Source: Octopus vulgaris (taxonomy: Eukaryota). Taken from it: a stretch of 64,000 bases of DNA. Shown here in pieces: positions 51,450 through 64,000 of the stretch (position 1 is its first letter; each line of letters begins with the position of its first letter). The position numbers and the translations under genes were made by a program. The stretch covers positions 48,732,001 to 48,796,000 of the forward strand of contig OX597818.1 in NCBI GenBank assembly GCA_951406725.2, in the 5' to 3' direction. The notes beneath the pieces are model-generated. The model worked only from the letters and a program-made list of their open reading frames with translations. It had not been told where the DNA came from and did not search any database.

Positions 51450-51955
51450 CCTGAAGATGGAGGCTGGATTTATAGTAATGTTTATAAGCTTCCACTGCTG
51501 GTTGCATATTCTCACCTTTTTGCACACTCCATCTATTAACATTACAACTATTATGTAACTTTGAGCCCCCAGAAGTAGCTGTCCAACCTGAAATACCATG
51601 CCCATTCCTTACCAATATTCTTTTGACACACCAGTCTCAATATGGTCAACTTCGTTTGTAGGTATTTTCGTTTTTGTTATCTTGCTTCAGACTGTTCTGG
51701 CCATTGTATCATGCACCATGAGAAGATAACATCTGGAAGACATTTTCTCACAGTTACTCTTTTACTTGTTTCAGTGATTTGACTGTGGCCATGCTGGAGC
51801 ACCACCTATAGTCGAGCAAATCGACCCCAGGACTTATTCTTTGTAAGCCTAGTTCTTATTCTATCGGTCTCTTTTGCCGAACTGTTAAGTTACGGGGACG
51901 TAAACACACCGGCATCGGTTGTCAAGCTATGTTGGGGGGACAAATACAGACACAT

Positions 51956-51986
<31 letters not shown>

Positions 51987-53090
51987 CATACATATATATG
52001 ATGGGCTTCTTTCAGTTTCCGTCTACCAAATCCACTCACAAGGCTTTGGTTGGCCGGAGGCTATAGTAGAAGACACTTGCCCAAGGTGCCACGCAGTGTG
52101 GCTGAACCCGGAACCGTGAGGTTGGTATGCAAGCTACTTACCACACAGCCACTCCTACAGCTGTTAATAATGTCGATGTCTTCAATCTGATCTTGCGAAG
52201 CCTACATTTATTGTCTACTCTTTTACTCTTTTACTTATTTCAGTCATTTGACTGCAGCCATGCTGGAGCACCACCTTTAGTCGAGCAAATCGACCCCGGA
52301 CTTATTCTTTGTAAGCCCAGTACTTATTCTATCAGTCCCTTTTTGCCGAATCGCTAAGTGATGGGGACGTAAACACACCAGCATCGGTTATCAAGCAATG
52401 CTAGGGAGACAAACACAGACACACAAACATACACACATACATGTATATATATATATATACATATATACGACGGGCTTCTTTCAGTTTCCGTCTACCAAAT
52501 CCACTCACAAGGCTTTGGTCGGCCCGAGGCTATAGTAGAAGATACTTGCCCAAGGTGCCATGCAGTGGGACTGAACCCGGAACCATGTGGTTGGTAAGCA
52601 AGCTACTTACCACATAGACACTGCTACAGCTGTTAATAATGTCTTCAGTCTTCAGTCTTGATCTTGCAAAGCTTATATTTATTGTCTGTCAATGTTTCTT
52701 GCCTTTTAGGTCGTAGTTACTTGGTGTGAACATCTTGTTCTTGGAATGCTCGGATGTAGCCTTCAAAGTTTGATGTCATAAACTTGTTGGAACTCCATGC
52801 CAAGCTTTTCCCATGATTAATCTCTTTTATGGCTTGTGTTTTACATGCCAAGTACCCATGTACTCTCGTCTCAGTGAACTTGTTCATTTTTTTATTTTCT
52901 GTTGCTCTGATAAATAGACTTTATCAATGCTCCTTGAGGAGAGATGTGTATCAGCTCTTATTTCATACCTCCCCTCAAGTTTATTAGCTTTCCTAATTAT
53001 GCTGTTGATTTTGTGATCACAAATTGGGTAAGATAGATACTGGTCTCTTTCCTCTGCTGCAGATGTTTTAGTCTCACAATTCATACTTCA
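51450..53090 (-). mobile_element. Old R4/Dong-like non-LTR remnant interrupted by duplicated SINE B copies
   Basis: AWSSNKFMTSNFEGYIRAFQEQDVHTK ... KMSSR.YL..HD..A..V, region around the C-terminal zinc knuckle; SINE B + flank duplicated (51755-52217, 52218-52687). Confidence 0.55.
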
Positions 53091-53170
53091 TATGACACCA
53101 AAACAGATCTGAGACCATGGCCATGCATGCATGCATCTATGTGTGTATGTATGTATGTATGTATGTATGT

Positions 53171-53300
53171 ATTGAAGAGCGTAGGCTCGAAACGTTAAAG
53201 ACTTGTTTTATTTATATTTCCTGAGCGCCATACTAATACAATTGTTTGTTTGTATTCCACCTGCCTTCGTCTTTTGTTTATTTTCATAAAGCTTCCCGTT
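53171..53300 (+). mobile_element. Penelope-like repeat remnant with truncated hammerhead
   Basis: TGA-A-GAGC gtag GCTC-GAAACGTT-AAAGAC; downstream matches 8005-8030 and 8451-8505. Confidence 0.55.
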
Positions 53301-53835
53301 ATGTATGTATGTATGTATGTATGTATGTATGCATGTATATGTATGTATGTATGTATGCATGTATGTATGTATGTATGTATGGTGATCCCTAAAGGAAGGT
53401 GTGCATGCATGTGTATGTGCGTGTGGATAGGGGCTGGTGACCTTAATGTGTGCATGTGTAGGTGCGTGGATGATAGTGTGGGTGCTGGGAAGTGGTCAGT
53501 GCTAGTGTGTGGGAGGTGGTGTGATGTAGTGTGGTATGGAGGTGTGTGGTGTGGTGGTGTGTGGTGTGGTGGTGTTTGGTGTGGTAGTATATAGTGTGTT
53601 GGGGTGAGGGGAAGCAAGGGTGGAGGGAAGCAAGGGTAGGATGGGTGTGAGTGTGAGGGTAGGGTGGATATATATATATATATATAGTCGAACTCTCTCA
53701 TGCACCAAATGGCAATTGCTAAAAAGCATTCGTGAAGTAAAATCATGTAGCAACACCAAATGGCGGTGCCCCAGCATGGCCACAGCTCGTGAGCTGAAAC
53801 TAGATAAAATAAAAAAATAAAAAATAAATAGTAGC

Positions 53836-54340
53836 TTAAAAGCTGCCTGACAGCTTCCTGAATGGGAAGATCTGCAAATAGATCTCTGACTTGTTTTGGT
53901 GTATTTGTTGCAATTGCTTCCTCCAAAGTCAGATCACAATGATATTTGTTTCAAAACATCATGTAAAAGAAATCGCCAAAAACAACCATAGTAATAAAAA
54001 CATAGGAATCCAAAATTTCAGGATTGCAGGTCCAGATTCAGCCTGGAATGTTTGCAATTTACTCAATGGAGTTAGCCTTTAGATTATAAAAATTGTTATC
54101 GTACAAAAAAATTTGGTGCAAAAAGTCATGTAAAAAAAAGTTACCGAAAATAATGACAGTAATGATAACTTGGGAATCTAAAATTTCAGGATTGTGGGTC
54201 TGGATTTGGCCTGGAATGTTTTCAATTTACTCATGGAGTCGGCCTGATTCCAAAATGATGTGATATGTTGGATTACAGCCTTTAGGAGTAAAGTTGAAAA
54301 AGTGTGACACACTGACACACTGATATTCACATTTATTATA
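53836..54340 (-). mobile_element. Helitron remnant with RepHel peptide fragment
   Basis: HCDLTLEEAIATNTPKQVRDLFA resembles the Helitron helicase-region motif W...L.EA......QLR.LFA; internal ~175-bp duplication. Confidence 0.5.
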
Positions 54341-54609
54341 TTATATTATTATATTATATTAAGGTGGCAAGCAGCAGAATTTAGTACAGTATTATCCATA
54401 CAGTTTCAAAATAAGCAACAGGATATCTAGAAGTAATGCAGTACGATCGTTTCAAGTGACTCCATTTAATTGAACAATGCAACCATTACATCAATTTAAA
54501 TGCAGAGCAATCCTCAGCAGCATAAATACATAGAATTAAATTAAATTAAAACAGATGGACACATTAGTATAATTTTACCTAAAACCTATATATATATATA
54601 TATATATAT

Positions 54610-55012
54610 ACTCTTTTACTTGTTTCAGTCATGTGACTGTGGTCATGCTGGAGCACCGCCTTTAGTCGAGCAAATCGACCGCAGGACTTATTCTTTGTAA
54701 GCCTAGTACTTATTCTATCCGTCTCTTTTGCCAAACTGCTAAGTTACTGGGACGTAAACACACCAGCATCGGTTGTCAAGCAATGTTGGGTGGGACAAAC
54801 ATAGACACACAAACATGTACACACACACACCTATATATATATGCATATATCCGACAGGCTTCTTTAAGTTTCTGTCTATCAAATCTACTCACAAGGCTTT
54901 GGTCAGTTCGAGGCTATAGTAGAAAACACTTGCCCAAGGTGCCACACAGTGGGACTGAACCCGGAACCATGTGGCTGGTAAGCAAGCTGCTTACCACACA
55001 CCCACTCCTACA
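54610..55012 (-). mobile_element. SINE family B
   Basis: Reverse-complement match. Confidence 0.8.
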
Positions 55013-55016
55013 CCTA

Positions 55017-55570
55017 TATCATCATCATCATCGTTTAACATCCATTTTCCACGCAAGCACGGGTTGGACGGTTTGACCGGAGTCTGGGAAGCCAGGGCTG
55101 CACCAGGCTCCAGTCTGATCTGGCAGTGTTTCAACAGCTGGATGCCCTTCCTAACGCCAACCACTCTGCAAGTGTAGTGGGTGCTTTTTACGTGCCACCT
55201 GCACAGGTGCCAGGTGGGGTCTGGCATCGGCCACGATCGGTTGGTGCTTTTAACGTGCCACCGGCACGGAAGCCAGCCAAGGCGGCGCTAGCATCAGCCA
55301 TGTTCGGATGCTGCTTTTTATGTGCCACCGGCACAGAAGCCAGTCGAGGCGGCGCTGGCAACGGCCACGTTCAGATGGTGCTTTTTATGTGCCACCGACA
55401 CAGGTATCACAACTACTGTTTCCATTGATATTTGTTTTGATGTTCGTGTACATGCACTTGACTCAACAGGTCTCCTCAAGCACAGCGAGACGTTCCGGGA
55501 TCCAAGGTACTTTGAGTGGGCAGGGGCGATGCGAAACTGGAGCCGGAAGCGTTCCGGGTCTTTGTAGTCA
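55017..55570 (-). mobile_element. Repeat family C
   Basis: Body plus 4 tandem hairpin units. Confidence 0.8.
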
Positions 55571-55584
55571 CATATATATATATG

Positions 55585-55870
55585 TTTTTTTGTCACTATA
55601 ACTTGGCTGTTCTATAAAGAACTATGTTACTACATTTCAACTCAGGACAATGTCTTTCCAGATGGTTACTGAGATGCAGCCTGTGTCTGATATGTTGTAA
55701 GTAAGGGAGTGAAACACTACCCACCAGCTTGGCATGACCAATGCTCACAATATATCAGAGACAAGTTGCATGTCATTAACCAGCTGAAAAGATGTTTTCC
55801 TGGGGTTAAAATATAGCAACATAGTTGTTTATAGAACAGCTGTGTAAAAGTGTTATAGTGACAAAAAAAA
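55585..55870. mobile_element. Foldback/MITE with long imperfect inverted arms
   Basis: TTTTTTTGTCACTATAAC..GCTGTTCTATAAA.AACTATGTT / AACATAGTT.TTTATAGAACAGC..GTTATAGTGACAAAAAAA. Confidence 0.75.
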
Positions 55871-56248
55871 TGTTACCATTTAGTATTGTTACAACTTATA
55901 TCTTGTTTAGAGATTTTAGAAGCAGCTACTATGTGGAGGCGCAATGGCCCAGTGGTTACGGCAACAGACTTGTGGTCGTAGGATCGCGGTTTCTATTCCC
56001 AGACCGGGTGTTGTGAGTGTTTACTGAGCGAAAACACCTAAAACTCCACGTGGAGTGGTAGCAATCCCTCCTGTACTCTTTCATCACAACTTTCTGTCAT
56101 TCTTTCTTCTGTAGACATGCTCGCTTAGCCAGTGGGGTGGTGTTATTTGAAAGCTAAAACAATGCAAAGCACATTGTGACCAGTGATGTGTAGCAACATC
56201 TGATAGCCTGATCATTCACGTGATATATATATATATATATATATATTA

Positions 56249-56357
56249 AGTTATAGAGCAGTAGAGCCACTGACTACTAGGGTCTGATGAGATGTGTGTA
56301 AAGCCAAGCACTTTATGGACATGAAACCCTGGGTAACCCTATGAACTGGCTATAACT
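56249..56357 (+). ncRNA. Near-canonical extended type I hammerhead ribozyme
   Basis: Stem I TAGGGT/ACCCTA plus distal AGTTATAG/CTATAACT; core CTGATGA (56284-56290); 12-position stem II with 1 mismatch; GAAA (56323-56326); stem III ACC/GGT; GTA cleavage triplet ending at 56335. Confidence 0.75.
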
Positions 56358-56746
56358 AACATTCTCTCTCTCTCTAGAGTGATCAATGCCAGTGCCACCC
56401 AACTGGCTCCCATGCCGGTGGCATGTAAAAGCACAATTTTAGTGTGGTCGATGCCAGTGCCACTTGGCTGGCCCCTGTGCTGGTGGCACATAAAAATAAC
56501 CCACTACACTCTCGGAGTGATTGGCATTAGGAAGGGCATCCAGCTGTAGAAACCTTGCCAGATTAGATTGGAGCCTATTGCAGCCTCCTGGCTTGCCAAT
56601 CCTCAGTCAACCTGTCCAACTCATGCCAGCATGGGGAGCAAACATTAAACAATGATGACAACAATGATAAACATCTATCTATCTATATTATATATATCTA
56701 TACCTATCCATATATAAATGGATACATATATATATATATATATATA

Positions 56747-56985
56747 TACCATCCAATTTAGTTCCTAGTTCGAGAATTTATCCATAATTAGTGGTTTGAG
56801 TTTTCTACTGCTCTTTCTAGCACAAGGCTTTCCTATTTGGAAGCCTCTTAATGTGTTTTAATGTACATGATATTTTATGTGAATAATATATAGTCTATTG
56901 ACTATTTTTTGTGCTAGGCCACTGGTAATAATAATTTCTATAATTCTTATTACCCTAATATTATTTATAGATATATATATATATA

Positions 56986-57018
<33 letters not shown>

Positions 57019-57311
57019 TCATCATCATTTAGCATCCGTTTAAATGATGATGATGATGATATATATATATATAGGTATATATATATATCTATAAATAATA
57101 TTAGGGTAATAAGAATTATAGAAATTATTATTACCAGTGGCCTAGCACAAAAAATAGTCAATAGACTATATATTATTCACATAAAATATCATGTACATTA
57201 AAACACATTAAGAGGCTTCCAAATAGAAAGCCTTGTGCTAGAAAGAGCAGTAGAAAACTCAAACCACTAATTATGGATAAATTCTCGAACTAGGAACTAA
57301 ATTGGATGGTA
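56747..57311. repeat. Near-perfect 565-bp palindrome (arms ~280 bp) plus third direct partial copy at 57333-57445
   Basis: TACCATCCAATTTAGTTCCTAG... / ...CTAGGAACTAAATTGGATGGTA, paired almost to the centre at ~57035. Confidence 0.95.
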
Positions 57312-57459
57312 AAAGTTTTTAATTTTTAATCTTTTCGAGAATTTATCCATAATTAGTGGTTTGAACTTTCTACTGCTCTTTCTAGCACAAGGCTTCCCTA
57401 TTTGGAAGCCTCTTAATGTGGTCTAATGTACACAATATTTTATATATATATATATATAT

Positions 57460-57938
57460 AGAATCGAAATCGATCAATGGAAATTGCGGATGTGCTACCA
57501 GTGCCGGTGGCATGTCAAAACTCTGCTTGTGAAGACCCGTTGAGGCAAGTGACGATCAGAATCGAAATCGATCAATGGAAATCGATCAATGGAAATTGCA
57601 GATGTGTTACCAGTGCCGGTGGCATGTAAGAGAACTTTCCGTTTCGCGACCGTTGCCAGCCTCGCCTGGCCCTCGTGCCGGTGGCACATAAAAAGCACCA
57701 TCCATTCGTGGCCGTTTGCCAGCTCTGTCTGGCACCAGTGCGGGTGGCACGTAAAAAGCACCCACTACACTCACGGAGTGGTTGGCGTTAGGAAGGGCAT
57801 CCAGCCGTAGAAACACTGCCAGATTTGACTGGGTCTGATGAAGCCTTCTGGCTTCACAGACCCCAGTAGAACCGTCCAACCCATGCTAGCATGGAAAACG
57901 GACGCTAAACGATGATGATGATGATGATGATGATGATG
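57460..57938 (+). mobile_element. Repeat family C
   Basis: Tandem units, body and (GAT)n tail. Confidence 0.85.
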
Positions 57939-58478
57939 ATATATATATAAATGTATGTATATAAATATATATTTATATATATATATATATATATGTATGC
58001 ATGGTTTTTTGCTGGCTCCTTGGTGACCCTGTTGTGGATGGTGCCATATTAAAAGCATTGGTGATGGTGTCATAAAAAAAAAAGCACCAAATACATTCTG
58101 TAAATTGGCTGGCGTTAGGAAGGGCATCCAGCAGTTGAAACTATGTTAAAACAGATAATGGAGTGTGGTATGGAAATTGGCCTTGCCAGCTCATGTCAAA
58201 CCATCCAGTCCATGCCAGTATGGAAAACAGACATTAAAGGATGATGATGATACTAATTGATTGATTAACCGAATGATTAATTGCATAGTTGATTAAATAG
58301 GTGACCAAGAAATGAAAAACAATAAAGAAGTGAAATCGAAACAGTGCATATGTTTAATATTAGCGTAACGACCCTCCTGTGATGAAGCAAAATCTCCTTC
58401 AACACAAGAGTACAAGAGTTCACATCAAGAATCTTCAAAAACGATATATATATATAATTTATATATACATATGTATAT

Positions 58479-58526
<48 letters not shown>

Positions 58527-58562
58527 TATACATATGTATATACACATATATATATATATATA

Positions 58563-58770
58563 CAAATTAGAAAAATCACCTTTTATCAATTCAAAATGAA
58601 CAATTAAATTACACTGTCTAGAAAATTTTCTAGATGGTGTAATTTAATTGTTCATTTGAATTGATAAAAGGTGGTTTTTCTAATTTATATATATATTATA
58701 TTTTGTAAAATTTGATTTAGTATTTCTAAATTGAATATTTCCCTGTAAGTTAGGAATAATATTCCCTCAA

Positions 58771-58830
<60 letters not shown>

Positions 58831-58944
58831 AGAAAAATCACCTTTTATCAATTCAGAATGAACAATTAAATTACACCATTTAGTAAATTTTCTAGATGGT
58901 ATAATTTAATTGTTCATTTGAATTGATAAAAGGTAGTTTTTCTA

Positions 58945-58991
<47 letters not shown>

Positions 58992-59078
58992 TTAGTGAAA
59001 TTTGATTTAGTATTTCTAAATTGAAATTTTCCCTGTAAGTTAGGAATAATATTCCCTCAAATTATTATTATTATTATT
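58563..59078. repeat. Tandem duplication (~260 bp) of a unit containing a ~125-bp palindrome
   Basis: TAGAAAAATCACCTTTTATCAATTC...CTAGAAAATTTTCTAG...GAATTGATAAAAGGT.GTTTTTCTA at 58563-58688 and 58826-58948. Confidence 0.9.
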
Positions 59079-59091
59079 AATACATATATAC

Positions 59092-59154
<63 letters not shown>

Positions 59155-59234
59155 CATACACACACACAACAAATATCCATAATTCGGTATCATCAGAAAA
59201 ACATTAACGGATCTAACCATTCTTTCTTCCTTAC

Positions 59235-59303
59235 AGCAAACGAATTAGCAGCTTTTAACATCTTTTTTCTTTCGTTTTTTTTAAGCGGAATAGTATTGCC
59301 CAT
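59235..59303 (-). CDS. Coding exon 1 of minus-strand gene (MGNTIPLKKNERKKMLKAANSFA)
   Basis: AAATGG start context, 69 nt open, GCT|gtaagg phase-0 donor; lies in the repeat-free, CpG-retaining promoter zone. Confidence 0.65.
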
Positions 59304-59652
59304 TTAAGCTTTCTTTGGCTTCGCACCACCGGTGTTCGCCTATTGAGAAATACATTTTACCTACGCACGTGTACTTTATATATATATGGATCCTCTCTGG
59401 TCATTGCGCCTGCCTATGCATTTCGACCTTCTGATTGGTAGATAAGCTGTTTGTAAAAACCACTCCTCCTGTATTCGGTCGTTTCAAGGACAGAAGCACT
59501 TAGTGATTCGACTGAATTAAACTGCAAGACGTGTGTTTTAGGTTGTCAATCGTGTTCGAGGGAACATCAGTCTGTGGTTTACTCTCTCCATTAAAAAAAA
59601 AAAAAAGTGGATTAAAGAAGACTTTTGACTTCTTTCTTTTTACAAAGTAGAG
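59304..59652. promoter_or_regulatory. Putative bidirectional promoter / 5' UTRs
   Basis: 349 bp between divergent ATGs; CpG-retaining, TE-free; CACGTG (59366-59371), ATTGG/CCAAT (59434-59438). Confidence 0.55.
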
Positions 59653-60052
59653 ATGTTATCAAAAGCCTTTTCAAACAACTGTCGCAGCATTATTGCCAGG
59701 TATGGATGCGATGGCTCAGCTGCTGTTTCGTCAAATATTCTTAGGAAATCGAACATTTTCGTATCCAATCGTTCCAACAGCACGGCAACCGAGGAACCAA
59801 GTTTCTTCGAAATGGTGGAAAAATTCTTTGACAGAGCCACTTGTATTATAGAGGAAAGTTTTGCCCAGGAATTGAAAGGCAAATTGACACCAGAGCAAAA
59901 GTTAGAAAAGGTCCGTGGGATACTTAGAATTATCAAACCCTGTAATGCAGTCGTCGCTTTAAATTTTCCCCTAAAAAGAGATAATGGTGATATTGAAATG
60001 ATTGAAGCTTACAGGGCCCAACACAGCCACCACCGAACACCTTGTAAAGGAG
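59653..60052 (+). CDS. GLUD1: Mitochondrial glutamate dehydrogenase, coding exon 1
   Basis: Arg/Ser-rich targeting peptide, then [14 protein letters not shown]...GILRIIKPC...[28 protein letters not shown]; donor GGAG|gtaaga at 60052/60053. Confidence 0.96.
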
Positions 60053-60096
60053 GTAAGAGTTTTAAAATATGACCGTGGAAGATTTTGTTTACTCCT

Positions 60097-60116
60097 TCTA
60101 TCTATCTATCTATGTG

Positions 60117-60169
<53 letters not shown>

Positions 60170-60210
60170 GTGTCTATCTGTCTGTCTATCTATCTATCTA
60201 TCTATGTGTG

Positions 60211-60245
<35 letters not shown>

Positions 60246-60344
60246 GTGTCTATCTATCTATCTATCTATCTATGTGTGTATCTATCTATCTATCTATGTG
60301 TCTATCTATCTATCTATGTGTCTATCTATCTATCTATGTGTCTG

Positions 60345-60381
<37 letters not shown>

Positions 60382-60408
60382 GTGTCTATCTGTCTTTCTA
60401 TCTACCTA
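60097..60408. repeat. (TCTA)n microsatellite in GDH intron 1
   Basis: Direct inspection. Confidence 0.95.
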
Positions 60409-62094
60409 CCCATATTCTCATGTAGCCATCAATGAAGTACCGTAAACAATAATTTAATATTCTATGAGTAATAACCATTATTATAGTACTGAAAGTAAAC
60501 CACTTCTCTGTATAACATTCGAACACGAATAGTTTCCAACAACATCCGTAATTTGTGTCTTTGTCCAATTAATTAAAGAAGTTCAGCTGATGATTTTTTC
60601 GAAATTAACGCTATGAAACTTTTAATAGTGTTATTCGTCAAAGGTGCTTGTCATTAATTGCTTCACGTGTTTCATTATATTTTAAAAGAACACCGAAGCA
60701 TAACTATACTTCTTGTTTATATACATATATATATGTGTGTAATATGTGTATATATAAACAAAGATGTTCATAAACCTTTAATAATTTAAATTTGTGATTT
60801 CTTTTTACTTCTGATCATCATTTTTGTTGACACACACCTAAACAGCGAAATAAACCCAACCTAATTTCCCTTTCGTACAACAAACCCTTCCATGCAACAA
60901 ACAGCTTTCTTTCGATTTAATTCAATTAATAACCGTCTTTTCAGCCCTAGTTTTTCTTCCTCACGCTTTCAAAATGTATTTATCCTATGAATCACTCAGC
61001 TGATGTTGATACCATTTTCACACTACTATAAATTTTTGTCTTTGATGATTATCTGATTATCTTCATCATCAATGAATCCCGTCAGGTCACTTTTTGTTTC
61101 AACTGTGATTCATTTTTTCCTTTTGTTAAATACGATGTGATTTATTATTTCCTTATAAATTCCACCCCGTCCTGTCATTTATTTCAATTATTTTGACCCA
61201 CTACATTGTTAAATACTCTTCAGCTGCCATAGTCATCTACATCTGATGAACGTTTTTACATATTATTTGACACGTAATAATAATTGGGTTCCAGAGCAAA
61301 AGGCAGCACAAAATAATTTCTAAAGAATGAAATCTCTCGTGATACTAAGACAGCCTCACTTTATTTGATATACTAACATAACGCATCTGTTACATGGCAA
61401 GTTATTAGATATATACATACATATATATATATATGTATATTATAATATGATATATTTTAAAACTTCGTGAGAGTACTCAGATGATTAGGGATGCGATTGT
61501 GATGTCTTATACTGTTTTTCAAGGGCATATTTATACAAAGTGATATTAGCTAGCTGGACCTTGCAGAATCATCATACTTCATGCTACTTACATACATACA
61601 TGTGTGTAAATTTGACTTTATTAATCTAATTAGATCTCCTCACATTTATTCATCTGTTTTATTGCCAGCTACTGGCTGACTCCCAAATTGTTTCCCTTCT
61701 GAAGCTCTCGTTTTTTTGCTTCTTTAAAGTCAAATGATCCATTCACCCTTTGACATTGCACATCTCAACTCAATAACATATTGGACCTTAAAATATATTT
61801 CTGGCACCATAGTTCTTAAACTTGTTTTTTTTTTCTTTCTTTCTTTCTAAAATATCAACATTTTTGATAACACATGGGATATATTTTGTGCTTTATAATT
61901 AATTTTTTTTCATATAAAGCTTTTAATCCTGTATATAACCTATATGTGAACTAAAAACCTTTTTAATAATCTATTTATAATGCCTAGACGAGTGCGTGAA
62001 TAAATGATAGTAGTATTCTGTAGATTTGGTAGAAATAACGTATTTAATAACAGTTGGACTCTACATCAAAGTTTCGTGGACGTAAGGCAAAATG

Positions 62095-62130
<36 letters not shown>

Positions 62131-62398
62131 TATACACACACACATATATATACACACACACACACATATATACATACATACACACACACACATATATACA
62201 TACACACACACATATATATACATACACACACACATATATACATACATACACACACACATATATACATACATACACACACACACATATATACATACATACA
62301 CACACACATATATACATACATACACACACACATATACTTACATACACACACACATATATACTTATATATACATGCATACACACACATATATATGCATG

Positions 62399-62440
<42 letters not shown>

Positions 62441-64000
62441 CATGCATACACACACATATATCCACTCATATATGGTTCAACACTAGAACAATTGGTTATG
62501 TTTTATTACAGAAAAAATCATGACTTTATGAAAAATAAGCACATCTTATATATTGTAAATTAAGAAAATCTGTGAAGATATATTTTCGAGGTCTTATGAT
62601 ATTTAGCAGTAATACAATACATGGTTGGTTCGCTTCCAATATAAACTTTCACTTTTAATATCTGCGCAGAAATAATGTTTTAAAATGTAAATACATATTA
62701 AGTGTTTAGTGCTAGATTCTTGTTACTAAAATAAATTAAGGAAGTTAAATTATTTTTTTTGCTTTTACGTAAATTTGAATTTTCATCAATGGACGTAATT
62801 AGGTGAATCAAGATGATTTGAGATGATGACTACATCAGGTACAAAGAAATATCTAAAGATATATAGTTGCAGTGCTAAGTTGTATAACCGAATGTAAGTG
62901 CCAGCTTTCAAAGCAAATATTAAATTCGAAATCGGAACTTTTTAATAATGTTTCCGTGTAATTGTTGTTTCAATAATTTTTCCAAGATGTGAACTCGGAT
63001 CACAAACAGGTGTTTTTTCTCTGTTGATCAAATAAGATCTTGGAAGCTAGGATAACCATAACAATAAATGATGGATGGGACGCATTCGTTCACTCATCCA
63101 TTCTCTCTCTCTGACACACTTACGCGCACACACACACTGTTATTTAGCTGAGAATAAGATCTATAAGCATCAGTAATTGCACTAGTATCACCTTCATCGG
63201 AATGCGTTTGATTTAGAAGTAGGTTGATGTAAAGGAAAAGCGAAAAAGGTTTGGGAGGGGATAGCCAAAATCCGATCACACCATTAATGATGTTCACTGA
63301 ATAGAGTAGGAGAGACATAGTAATAGAAAAAGGGGCATGGAATTTGCGGGTGAGAAGGAGACAAAAATGTATTTAATTAAAGTTTTGGGACAAATAGTTT
63401 TTTTTTACAGTAATTAACAACCACCTAATTCCTTGCTCCGTTTCTTTCTCCAAAGTTCGCCGATCAGAAATTACACTTGTCTTGTGAGACAGGTGTAATA
63501 ATGAAAGTTTAGCACGTTCATTCTTACAGATGAATTGTGTGGAACCCATAGGCGTGCAGTTATATAGATGAAAGAATCGTCTGTGCTTGGACAATAACGG
63601 TGACCATAATAAATTAGAAGGTGGGTTGAGATGAAGATGATATACTACGGCTAGTTTACAGATATTAAAAGCGTTGTTGTTAAATTTCAGATTAACTCTG
63701 AACTGATCTATGGCTAAAGATTATTCCTGCTCTATCCAGCACGCAATTTTTACATTATATAATGCCCTTAGTATATTTGGGATGGTAGAGGTGCTAATTG
63801 AAAGTTAGGTGCTATTTCTATCAGCATCCATGTAGAAGCTCCTTAATTAAAAACTATTTTTGTTGGTTATGATTGAAGCAGAAGGTGGTTTCAAGCCAGT
63901 AGTGGATACACATGTTGAAATTATCGGTAAATGACGTGGATAACCTTTGTGTCAAGTTCATATTTGCGCAAATGTGGTGTGGGGTACATCGTGTCAAATG

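Noticed and set aside
60053-60072. ORF-track extension KSFKI* of GDH
   Set aside because: Read-through past the GT donor into intron 1
60586-60615. CTGATGA...GAAA motif in the GDH intron
   Set aside because: No stem II and no convincing stem I or III; likely chance
60450-64000. Further GDH exons
   Set aside because: The expected next peptide (IRYS...EVKALA) was not found; exon 2 probably lies beyond the window

Overview
AT-rich, repeat-saturated animal genomic DNA. The SINE families and microsatellite load look like an octopus/cephalopod genome (inference). Two protein-coding genes are visible. (1) Coding exon 1 of a mitochondrial glutamate dehydrogenase on + (59653-60052). (2) A multi-exon gene on - that the ORF track misses; its ATG lies 349 bp from the GDH ATG, head-to-head. 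Its phase-consistent exons are 59303-59235, 49237-49186, 42194-42059, 38689-38606 and 38287-38164, with tentative exons at 29019-28932 and 24657-24583; I do not recognise the product. The rest is tRNA-derived SINEs, RTE/CR1/R4-Dong/Penelope retrotransposon remnants, Tc1/mariner elements (one DD36E, one rosa-like), hAT and piggyBac MITEs, non-autonomous Helitrons, tandem duplications and microsatellites. The most striking unexplained signal is a set of type I hammerhead-ribozyme-like motifs from about five sequence-unrelated repeat families. Most sit next to (TA)n tracts and several are in foldback structures. One is nearly canonical (56249-56357) and one carries a G3-C8 compensatory swap (33357-33407). 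All calls were made by eye; repeat boundaries are approximate and only representative SINE copies are listed.
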